From Rubripirellula sp. (GTDB lineage: Bacteria; Planctomycetota; Planctomycetia; Pirellulales; Pirellulaceae): a stretch of DNA of 64,000 bases. The stretch lies in NCBI GenBank assembly GCA_965216875.1, contig OZ244207.1, positions 7,040,001-7,104,000 on the forward strand, given 5' to 3'. The notes under the pieces were generated by a model. That model saw only the letters and a program-made list of their open reading frames with translations. It made no database searches and was not told the DNA's origin. Position 1 is the first letter of the stretch, and the number at the start of each line of letters is the position of its first letter. The translations under genes were made by a program, and so were the position numbers. Below are positions 17,553-26,090 of the stretch, in pieces.

Positions 17553-20357
17553 CTACTTGGCAGTGATCTTCAACGTTGCCCGAAGACCATCATCTTGGAA
17601 TGACAGAGTGGTTTCGACTTTGTCTTCCGGTCCGATCGCCTCGATCACGGTCGGTCCAGCCTGCGGTGCAAGATGATGGCCGTAATGAGTGGAAACGTAG
17701 GTTTCCAACTGGTCGTTCCAGCGATACTTACCACCGGCCGGTTCGGCGAGCTCTTGGCCAAGCAGTTTTCGATAGACCGCAAGCGGATCGCGATCGGGAT
17801 ATCGGTGTCGGAAGTAGTTGAGAATCGGCACGTTGCTCCACGCAAGGCGGCTCATGCGACGTTGTGTGGTTGGCGCACTTGTCACGCCGAACGCACCGAT
17901 GGCTTTTCCGGTGACGTGCATCTTGATCTGGGGACCGGCGAGATCCTCGTCTTGTTCGTCGCCTTCGGCGTTGGCAACCGCTTCGGACGCCGCCTTTTTT
18001 CGTTCCAAGTGACGGTCAATCGCCCGTTTGATGACCTGTTCGTTTAGCGACGCGGTCAACCCGTCGGGTGTCGTGACGTAATAACCACGCGGCAATTCGT
18101 CAGCTTCGACGTCCGTGTTGTTTTCGACGACCGTTGCGATCGAATAGGCCATGCCGTTGTGGTTCCTTTGGTCCCAGCGGACCACGTTGGGCGCGAATTG
18201 GTCTAACAACGCACGCAATGCAACCATGAAGCCTGCCATGCGAAGGTTGTCTTTCGAAGGAACGTAAAAGCCAACGGGCGCCTCACGGAAATACCGCGGG
18301 CTTGGCCATTCGTAGGGAGAGTTTTCGGCGAGACGCTTGATCCAATCGGGATCGTTGTCGAGGTACAGCGAAAACGAACCATCAATCCAGCCAAGCAGGT
18401 CGATGTTGGCATTGCGCTGATTGATCACCGATCGTGCCATCGCCAAGTAGGTTGAATTGGGATTCACCGCGACATCAAGCGAAGCGAGTGCTTCCGCATG
18501 TTCGTCGCCGGCACCCGCACGCAGACGGGCGTCGCCAACCCAATTGAGCCATTGGCGATAATCGGTGCGAATCATCAACGGGATGACCGACAGATCGGCC
18601 ATCATTGACTTGGCATCAAGCGACAATTCGAGTGCGATGGGATCGAACGCATTTCTCCATTGACGTTCGTAACGATTCCTCCAACGTTCGTACAGTTCCA
18701 CCTCTTTGATACTGGCGAAACTCATGTCCATTTCCGCGATGGGCGTTTGAAACGCAAGCGTGCCGTATTTGCTTGAGTGCACGCCATGAGAGGTCAGAGA
18801 CAGTTGCCCAGCGTTTGGCATCCCCGTTGGTTGGGCGAGTCTCTGGACACCCTCGATGGAACCATCAAGAAGTGCGTCGGCGTTTCGCATCGACATCTCA
18901 GCGATGGTTGCTCGAGCACGGGTGCGCCGTGACGCGGCGATGCGCCACTGGGGGCTGCACCATTTGCGAATCGTTGCGTCGCTGATGACCGCAAGTGCCG
19001 CATCTTTGTCGGCTTGGCGGCGGTACCTTTGTCGGAAGAATTTGTATTCATCAAGGTTTCCAAGCGACTTCTGTTTGCCGTCAGCGCAATTGAGAAGTCG
19101 CTGGATTTGGTTGAGCGAGTTGCTGACGATCACGGCATCGTCAGTGGCAGCGATATAACTGCAGAACCGCCGGTCGGCTGTGACCCAGGCTTGGATCGGG
19201 TGACCGGAAAACTGATGGTCGAGCTTGTCGATGCCCGAGACCGCGGCGGCTTCGGCGGCGACTTGAGTGACGAGAGCTTGCTGAAGAAATTTGGGTTGTG
19301 CCGACTGCATCAGGATCGCCAGATCAGTCCCCGTGCGAAAGTAGGGGTCCGAGCCGGTAATGACGACTTCCTCGATAAGCGCGCCGCCAACTTGCCGAGT
19401 GAGTGCGTTGAGCGGTAGGCCAAGTTGCGCCTGGTAGAAAGCAAGCACATCGGTGCGGCGACTTTGCGGTTCGACCCATTGAACGATTGGGCGCGCCAAG
19501 CGGTCACTTTGATCAAAGATCTTGGTGAGCGCTCCGAACGAAGGCAGAAAGACGGCGTACTGGTCATGCGGAACGCTGGTGGCAAGCGGATCGAGCTGAG
19601 TCGGTTCATCGGACAATCGTGTTTTCCAATCGATCTCGCGAACTGTGATGCCACGCACGTTTGCAAGGCTCCGCTGGTTGCCTTCGGTTGCGGTCGTGGC
19701 GATTTGTTGATCGAGTTGCAAATTCTCGCTGACGGCGCGACCGCCACTCATCAGCTGGATCGAGTCATCAATGCCATCGCGTCGGCGCATCGGCCAATTG
19801 GGTCCGGTCGATTCGGCCGACTCACCGATTTCGGCGAGCGACTTGGTGGCCAAGTGACGAAACATCGCTGCACCGGCCATCTCCTCGGACCAAAGTCGTT
19901 GGAAGTGCTGGCCTTTGGCAAGCAGGTAGTCATGCCCCGTTGCCGAGGTGGTTTTCTCATCGATGATCAGTTCGAACTTGGCGAGAACGGTTTTGTTCTG
20001 CTCGGTATGCAAGAGGTAGAGATTTCCACTGATCGTTTCGCCGATCGGCTTTCGCCCCACGACTCGATAACCTGCAAAGTTTCCATTGCTCTGTTCCGGC
20101 TTGAGGACATAGGCTTCCGATCCTCTTGGCACGACCACACGCGGGGTCGTGTCCATTTGGTAGAACGCGTGACGAGGCCAGGATTGGTCGATCGCGACAT
20201 TCGAATCGTCGAATTCCTCGATCAGTGGGTTCACTTCGATCGAAAAGTATTCGTAGGTCCTTTTGCCAGGGTTTTCAATCGAATCGGCAGCCGTCGTCAG
20301 GTTCGCGACAGCTGTTGTCAGGCCAAGAATGAACACGAAAAGATAAAGGCACCGCAT
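17553..20357 (-). CDS. large secreted hypothetical protein (934 aa)
   Basis: Long ORF with signal peptide (MRCLYLFVFILGLTTAVA); no catalytic motif recognised. Confidence 0.8.
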   Translation of the reverse strand: MRCLYLFVFILGLTTAVANLTTAADSIENPGKRTYEYFSIEVNPLIEEFDDSNVAIDQSWPRHAFYQMDTTPRVVVPRGSEAYVLKPEQSNGNFAGYRVVGRKPIGETISGNLYLLHTEQNKTVLAKFELIIDEKTTSATGHDYLLAKGQHFQRLWSEEMAGAAMFRHLATKSLAEIGESAESTGPNWPMRRRDGIDDSIQLMSGGRAVSENLQLDQQIATTATEGNQRSLANVRGITVREIDWKTRLSDEPTQLDPLATSVPHDQYAVFLPSFGALTKIFDQSDRLARPIVQWVEPQSRRTDVLAFYQAQLGLPLNALTRQVGGALIEEVVITGSDPYFRTGTDLAILMQSAQPKFLQQALVTQVAAEAAAVSGIDKLDHQFSGHPIQAWVTADRRFCSYIAATDDAVIVSNSLNQIQRLLNCADGKQKSLGNLDEYKFFRQRYRRQADKDAALAVISDATIRKWCSPQWRIAASRRTRARATIAEMSMRNADALLDGSIEGVQRLAQPTGMPNAGQLSLTSHGVHSSKYGTLAFQTPIAEMDMSFASIKEVELYERWRNRYERQWRNAFDPIALELSLDAKSMMADLSVIPLMIRTDYRQWLNWVGDARLRAGAGDEHAEALASLDVAVNPNSTYLAMARSVINQRNANIDLLGWIDGSFSLYLDNDPDWIKRLAENSPYEWPSPRYFREAPVGFYVPSKDNLRMAGFMVALRALLDQFAPNVVRWDQRNHNGMAYSIATVVENNTDVEADELPRGYYVTTPDGLTASLNEQVIKRAIDRHLERKKAASEAVANAEGDEQDEDLAGPQIKMHVTGKAIGAFGVTSAPTTQRRMSRLAWSNVPILNYFRHRYPDRDPLAVYRKLLGQELAEPAGGKYRWNDQLETYVSTHYGHHLAPQAGPTVIEAIGPEDKVETTLSFQDDGLRATLKITAK

Positions 20358-20522
20358 CGAAAGCCTCCCGTTTGTACTTCTGTTCGAGCAATGGCGATTA
20401 AAATGAGGGCTTCAGTGGTCCTCAAAGAGTAGAGGAGCCCTTCGCCGAAGAGACACTGCGCGTCTTTTGCGTGATTTTGCAAAAAAGCTGGTATCGGCCC
20501 CGAGAGCGTTGATTCACCGTCG

Positions 20523-21788
20523 ATGATTGAACCTAACGAAGCGGCAGCACCATGGATGCAACAAGGGGCGTTGTTGTATCAGCAGAGCCAACTTTCTGCG
20601 GCTCGGGATGCGTTCCAAGAAGCCCTTTCGCTGCAACCGGAATTGACACCCGCCAGGTTCAACCTTGGTGTGATCTGCCGCGATCTTGAGGAAAACGACG
20701 CGGCTCAGGTCTGGTTCGAAGAGACGATTCGAAGTGGCGAAATCGTTGCGGATGCGACCAACAATCTCGGCCTCCTCGCGGTGCGTCGTGAGGAATTCTC
20801 GCTAGGTGAGGCTCACTTTCGTAAAGCGATCGAATTGGTCGACAACTTTCCACTGGCCCATTTCAACCTTGCCAACCTTTTGTTGCGGCTCGGTCGGTGG
20901 GAAGAAGGCTGGCGCGAATACGAGTGGCGATGGCAGACGCCTACGTTCACGCCAATTCAATGTCCACAGCCGATGTGGGACGGCCAGACACTCGATGGAA
21001 CATTGCTGCTTCATACCGAACAGGGCATCGGCGACATGATTCAGTTCGCCCGGTTCATTCCCGAGATTCGAAAACGCTGTCGGCGCGTGATCCTACTGCG
21101 GCCCGATCACCTCGATTGTTTGTTGCCGATTCCCGATTGGGCCGATGAAGCACGCAGTGCCGGCGAGATTTCGCTCGATTCTTTTCAAGCGTTTCTGCCT
21201 CTGATGAGTGCGCCGCGTGTCCTGGATGCGAGGATTGATGACCTGCCTCTACACGAGAACTATTTGACGCCGGTGGCTCGAACGGTTGATCTGGGAGAAT
21301 CGCATGTCGAATCGGCGCGACTCAAAGTTGGCATCAGCTGGGCAGGCAGTCCGACTTACGTCAGTGATGCATTTCGCAGTGTGTCGGTCCAGCAATTCAA
21401 ACCGTTGTTCGATTTTCCCAACGTCGCGTTTTACAGCTTGCAAGTCGGTTCGCGTTGCGAAGAGCTGGCGGAACTGGCCGAACATCGCGGCAAGGTCCGC
21501 GACCTTGCTGATTTGCAATCGGACTTGGCGGATGCCGCTGCGATCATCAAACAGCTCGATTTGATCATCACTGTTGACACAGCCATCCTGCATTTGGCCG
21601 CCGCCATGGGCGTGCCGACATGGGGGGTGATTTCAAGGCGAAGCGATTGGCGTTGGCTTGATTACGATTCGACCGAATCAGCTTGGTATCCATCGCTGCG
21701 TTTATTCCGACAACGAAAGCTCAATGATTGGCCCGAACTGATGCATCGCGTCGCGACGGAACTGTCGTCAATGGTTGCCCGCGAGTAG
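20523..21788 (+). CDS. TPR-repeat protein with GT9-like glycosyltransferase domain
   Basis: N-terminal TPRs; GWREYEWRW, EQGIGDMIQFARF, VGISWAG, LDLIITVDTAILHLAAAMG, DWRW, WYPSLRLFRQ. Confidence 0.85.
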   Translation: MIEPNEAAAPWMQQGALLYQQSQLSAARDAFQEALSLQPELTPARFNLGVICRDLEENDAAQVWFEETIRSGEIVADATNNLGLLAVRREEFSLGEAHFRKAIELVDNFPLAHFNLANLLLRLGRWEEGWREYEWRWQTPTFTPIQCPQPMWDGQTLDGTLLLHTEQGIGDMIQFARFIPEIRKRCRRVILLRPDHLDCLLPIPDWADEARSAGEISLDSFQAFLPLMSAPRVLDARIDDLPLHENYLTPVARTVDLGESHVESARLKVGISWAGSPTYVSDAFRSVSVQQFKPLFDFPNVAFYSLQVGSRCEELAELAEHRGKVRDLADLQSDLADAAAIIKQLDLIITVDTAILHLAAAMGVPTWGVISRRSDWRWLDYDSTESAWYPSLRLFRQRKLNDWPELMHRVATELSSMVARE

Positions 21789-21877
21789 GATTCAGTGTCG
21801 GTCCGAATCAACGCCTTAGGTGATCAATCGGATGCACGCTTTCCCACCTACTTCTTCAAGATCTCGCCAAAGTCCGC

Positions 21878-23083
21878 ATGCCCATCATACGTTGTTTGTT
21901 TCCGCTGCTGGCGGTTTGTTTGGTCAGCTTCACTTTCGGTGAAGATTGGTATCGATACCGCGGCCCCAATCTGAATGGCATCTCGCCGGAAACCGGCTGG
22001 AAGTCGTGGGGTGATGGCGAACCCAAGATCCATTGGCGCGCAGAAGTCGGAACAGGGTTTTCGGGAATCGTTCAGAGCGACGGTCGAGTCTACACGATCG
22101 GGAACACGGAAAACGAGGACACCGTCTACTGTCTCGATGCAGCCAGCGGCGACGTGATTTGGAAACAGAGCTACGCTAGTCCAACCGACCCCAACGAATT
22201 CGAAGGGGGGCCGACTTCAACACCGACCGTTGATGGCGACTCGGTCTTCACGCTCAGTCGTCGCGGAGACCTTTATTGCTTTGGAAAAGCGAGTGGCCAG
22301 CCGAAGTGGTCCGTCAATGCTGCGACGCTTGCTGATGTGCGAACTCCCGGTTGGGGTTTCGCAGGTTCGCCACTCGTTTTGGGTGACAAGTTGATTCTGA
22401 ACGTGGGCGACGCCGGAACGGCGATCGACAAGTTGACCGGTGAGTTGATTTGGAAGTCGGACGACAAGGATTCAGGCTACTCGTCACCCATTCCGACACG
22501 TCACGACAATCGAGAATGTGTCGTGATCGGCTCGGCACGCTCCTACGTCTGTGTTGATGTTGTCGACGGCGCGGAAGTGTGGCGTCAGCGTTGGCTGACC
22601 ACGTTCGGTTGCAACGCTGGTGACGCGATCGTAAGCGACCATGGCGTCTTTCTATCCTCAGCGTACAACCGAGGCAGTGCACTGATACGCCCCGGCCAAG
22701 GGCGACCCGAAGTGGTGTGGAAAAACAAGGAGATGCAGAATCAGATCAGCAGTAGTCTTTTACTCGGCGGCATGATTGTTGGAATTCATGGCGATGTTGA
22801 CGCCGGAACATCACTGAGGGCGCTTGATCTGAAATCGGGAGAGGTTCTTTGGACAGATGAGACGCTTCAGCCGGGGGGACTTTCGGCGTCCTCCGACGGG
22901 CGGCTGATTGTGATTGGTGATGAAGGTGAACTGATGATTGGCCAAGCCAACCGCGACTCATTTCAGGTAGCGTGCAAATCACAGGTGGTCGAGGGGAAGT
23001 GTTGGACCGCGCCGACACTTTCCGGCGGCCTGATCTACTGCAGGACTGCCGATGGCTCGATCGTCTGCATCGACGTTCGTTAG
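21878..23083 (+). CDS. PQQ-like beta-propeller repeat protein (BamB-like, secreted)
   Basis: DWYRYRGPNLNG, CLDAASGDVIW, STPTVDG, YSSP, WTAPT repeats. Confidence 0.88.
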   Translation: MPIIRCLFPLLAVCLVSFTFGEDWYRYRGPNLNGISPETGWKSWGDGEPKIHWRAEVGTGFSGIVQSDGRVYTIGNTENEDTVYCLDAASGDVIWKQSYASPTDPNEFEGGPTSTPTVDGDSVFTLSRRGDLYCFGKASGQPKWSVNAATLADVRTPGWGFAGSPLVLGDKLILNVGDAGTAIDKLTGELIWKSDDKDSGYSSPIPTRHDNRECVVIGSARSYVCVDVVDGAEVWRQRWLTTFGCNAGDAIVSDHGVFLSSAYNRGSALIRPGQGRPEVVWKNKEMQNQISSSLLLGGMIVGIHGDVDAGTSLRALDLKSGEVLWTDETLQPGGLSASSDGRLIVIGDEGELMIGQANRDSFQVACKSQVVEGKCWTAPTLSGGLIYCRTADGSIVCIDVR

Positions 23084-23090
23084 TGCCTAG

Positions 23091-23114
23091 GTAGGGTGCG
23101 TGCTTGCACGCGCC
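23091..23114 (+). repeat. GTAG-type REP family I (GTAGGGTGCGTGCTTGCACGCGCC)
   Basis: Related inverted copy at 40514-40536. Confidence 0.6.
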
Positions 23115-23214
23115 GGTCTGTCGATGGGCATTGTTTCCCAGCACACGCGAGGTGTAGCCAGTACAATGTCCACCCCCACCTCCCCTTCTCCCCACCAAAA
23201 CACCGGATCGCTCG

Positions 23215-24534
23215 ATGACTCTGCAACGACGTCAATTCCTCAAGACCGCTGCTGCGACGGGAGCGGTGGTCAGTAGCGCCCCGTACGTGCACGCTCAATC
23301 AAAGGGCAAACGCTATCGAACCGCGCTGATTGGTTCGGGGTGGTGGGGCATGAACATTCTCAAAGAGGCGATGGCCGCTGGGAACACCAAGGTTGTTGCT
23401 CTCTGCGATGTCGATCAAGACAAGTTGGAGATCGGTGCCGAAGAGGTCGAAGACTTATCGGGCGATGTGCCGAACACGTACACCGACTTTCGCGAATTGC
23501 TCGACAAAGAAGAGATCGACATTGCGATTGTGGCAACGCCTGATCATTGGCATGCGCTCAATACGATCGCGGCAATCGAAGCGGGCGCTCACATTTTTGT
23601 CGAAAAGCCGACCGGTCATACGATTGGCGAGAGTCGCGCGATGTTGGAAGCGGCGCGGGCCAACAACCGAGTCGTGCAAGTGGGGCTGCATCGACGCGTT
23701 GGGCCACACTACGTCTCGGGAATGAAGTTCCTCAAAGAAGGCGGCGCTGGCGATATCGGAATGGTGCGAATGTTTGTGCATAGCCGAGGTGGTGCCGAGC
23801 TACCGACGCCCAACAGTCCGCCGCCCGAACAATTGGATTGGGACATGTATTGTGGACCCGCTCCGTTACGCCCCTTCAATCGCCGGATTCATCCTGGTGG
23901 ATTTCGCAACTTTCTTGATTTCGCCAACGGAACGCTCGGAGATTGGGGCGTGCACTGGCTCGATCAAGTGCTTTGGTGGACCGACGAAAAGTATCCGAAG
24001 CACGTCTATTCGACTGGTGGGCGGCCGATCAAAGGGCCCGCCGTGATGAACGACAAGGGGCAAACGACCGACGCACCCGATAGCCAGATCGCGACCTACA
24101 AATTCGAGTCGTTCAATGCGGTGTGGGAGCATCGTCGCTTTGCCGGAAGCGGTTCCGAAAAGACGTCGGTCGGGTGCTACTTTTATGGCACCAAAGGGAC
24201 GTTCCACATGGGTTGGCGCGACGGATGGACCTTCTATCCCGCCGATTCAAAGAAGCAAACGATTCATCAAGACGCGGTTCACAAAGAGCCAGACGGCCAT
24301 AGCATCGATTTGCTATGGAAGGACTTTACCAACGCGATTGAATCGGGAAGCCGCCCAACCTGTGATGTCCAAGTGGGGCATGATGCGACCAACATGAGCC
24401 TGCTCGGAATGCTCTCGCTCAAGCTCGGGCGAAGCATCGAGTGGGATGGTGAGAAGGAACGCGTGGTCGGCGATGATGAAGCCAACAAACTGCTGACTCG
24501 GCCCTATCGTGGCCCGTGGAAGTATCCCTCGTAA
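23215..24534 (+). CDS. Tat-exported Gfo/Idh/MocA family oxidoreductase
   Basis: QRRQFLK Tat motif; IGSGWWG, ATPDHWH, VEKP, GDWGVHWLD. Confidence 0.92.
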   Translation: MTLQRRQFLKTAAATGAVVSSAPYVHAQSKGKRYRTALIGSGWWGMNILKEAMAAGNTKVVALCDVDQDKLEIGAEEVEDLSGDVPNTYTDFRELLDKEEIDIAIVATPDHWHALNTIAAIEAGAHIFVEKPTGHTIGESRAMLEAARANNRVVQVGLHRRVGPHYVSGMKFLKEGGAGDIGMVRMFVHSRGGAELPTPNSPPPEQLDWDMYCGPAPLRPFNRRIHPGGFRNFLDFANGTLGDWGVHWLDQVLWWTDEKYPKHVYSTGGRPIKGPAVMNDKGQTTDAPDSQIATYKFESFNAVWEHRRFAGSGSEKTSVGCYFYGTKGTFHMGWRDGWTFYPADSKKQTIHQDAVHKEPDGHSIDLLWKDFTNAIESGSRPTCDVQVGHDATNMSLLGMLSLKLGRSIEWDGEKERVVGDDEANKLLTRPYRGPWKYPS

Positions 24535-24546
24535 GTAAGGCGCGCC

Positions 24547-24620
24547 GTGAGCCGTACGCGCTAGCGTCGGGCCGAGGCGGGAGAGCGAGAAGATTCGGGC
24601 TAAAGCTCGGTACTACGAAC
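24547..24620. repeat. family A plus family E REP cluster
   Basis: A at 24547-24573 and E at 24593-24620, between convergent genes. Confidence 0.75.
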
Positions 24621-24651
24621 AATTGGAACGAGCGGGGCTAGTGCTAGCTGT

Positions 24652-26079
24652 TCACGCTAGGATTTCTTTGACCACTTCGCCATGAACGTCGGTCAACCGA
24701 AACGGGCGACCGTTGTGCATAAACGTCAGCTGTTCGTGATCGATTCCTAGCAGGTGCAACAGCGTCGCATGCCAGTCGTGCATGTGAACTTTGCCTTGCA
24801 CCGCGTGATGTCCAAACTCGTCCGTCACCCCATGGCTGAATCCTGGCTTCACACCACCGCCCGCCAAGAAGATCGTGAAGCCGTAGGGATTATGGTCTCG
24901 GCCCGTCCCATTGGTTTGCGCGTACGGCGTGCGTCCGAATTCGCCGCCCCACCAGACAAGTGTGTCCTCGAGCAATCCGCGTTGCTTCAGGTCGGCAAGT
25001 AGGCCTGCGACTGGCTTGTCAGTATTGAATGCATGTTCGGCGTGTTTTTTTAGATTCGAGTGTTGATCCCAACGAGGGTTGTTCGTGTTGTCGCCGTAAT
25101 TGACTTGAATGTAGCGCACACCCGATTCTGCCAATCGGCGCGCCATCAAGCATTGGCGGCCAAAATCGTCGGTTCCTTTTTCGCCGATACCATACAGGCG
25201 TCGTGTTGCTTCGGTCTCTTGTGATAGGTCCAGCGTTTCGGGGGCATGATGTTGCATCCGCCAAGCAAGCTCGTAGGAGTTGATGACCGCATCAAGTTCC
25301 TGGTCCGGAAAGGGTGCGCTCGATTGTGCCGCGTTGATCTGTCGCAGTAAATCGAATTGAGTTTTTCGATCCCCTTCGGATAAAACCAGGTTGTCGAGAT
25401 TGCGGATCTTGGCCTGTGATGCCGACGTGCCGGCTCGTCCGATCGCCGTACCTTGGAAATGGGCTGGCAAGAACGCATTGCTGTAGTTGCGCGGGCCGCC
25501 ATTTCCCATCGAAGGTTGAATGGTGACAAAGCCGGGCAAGTTTTCGTTTTCGCTACCCAAACCGTACAGGACCCAAGAGCCTACCGAGGGTCGGACGAGG
25601 TTGATGGATCCGGTGTGTAGAAAGAGTGTCGATGGGCCATGAGCGACACCGTCGGTGTGCATCCCTTTGATGAAGCAAAGGTCATCGACATGTTCGGCGA
25701 TGTTCGGAAAGAGCTCGGAGACGTGTTGGCCGCATTGACCGTACTGGCGAAACTTCCATGGCGATTCGAAGACTCGATGTTTGACGATCTTCTTCGTCTT
25801 CGCTAGTACGCGTGCGTCGTCGAACGTGCGCATCTCGCCATCGTGTTTTGCCAGGTTCTCTTTGAAGTCGAACGTGTCGACCTGGCTGGGGCCACCTTGC
25901 ATGAAGAGAAAGATGACACGTTTTGCGCGGGCGGGAAATTGCGGCGATTTGGCTGCCAGCGGGTTACTCGTCACCGAAGCTGGCAGTTGGTTTTGAGCCA
26001 GTGCAGCGGCGGACAGGTAACCAAAACCGCAACCGAGTGTCTTTAGCAGCTGTCGTCGTGATGGGATAGCTTGTGCCAC
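24652..26079 (-). CDS. DUF1501-type protein (Tat signal)
   Basis: SRRQLL; AKRVIFLFMQGGPSQVDTFD, CLMARRL, WDQH, GEFGRTP, GRDHNP; GTG start at 26079 inferred. Confidence 0.9.
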   Translation of the reverse strand: MAQAIPSRRQLLKTLGCGFGYLSAAALAQNQLPASVTSNPLAAKSPQFPARAKRVIFLFMQGGPSQVDTFDFKENLAKHDGEMRTFDDARVLAKTKKIVKHRVFESPWKFRQYGQCGQHVSELFPNIAEHVDDLCFIKGMHTDGVAHGPSTLFLHTGSINLVRPSVGSWVLYGLGSENENLPGFVTIQPSMGNGGPRNYSNAFLPAHFQGTAIGRAGTSASQAKIRNLDNLVLSEGDRKTQFDLLRQINAAQSSAPFPDQELDAVINSYELAWRMQHHAPETLDLSQETEATRRLYGIGEKGTDDFGRQCLMARRLAESGVRYIQVNYGDNTNNPRWDQHSNLKKHAEHAFNTDKPVAGLLADLKQRGLLEDTLVWWGGEFGRTPYAQTNGTGRDHNPYGFTIFLAGGGVKPGFSHGVTDEFGHHAVQGKVHMHDWHATLLHLLGIDHEQLTFMHNGRPFRLTDVHGEVVKEILA

Positions 26080-26090
26080 TGGTAGACCCC

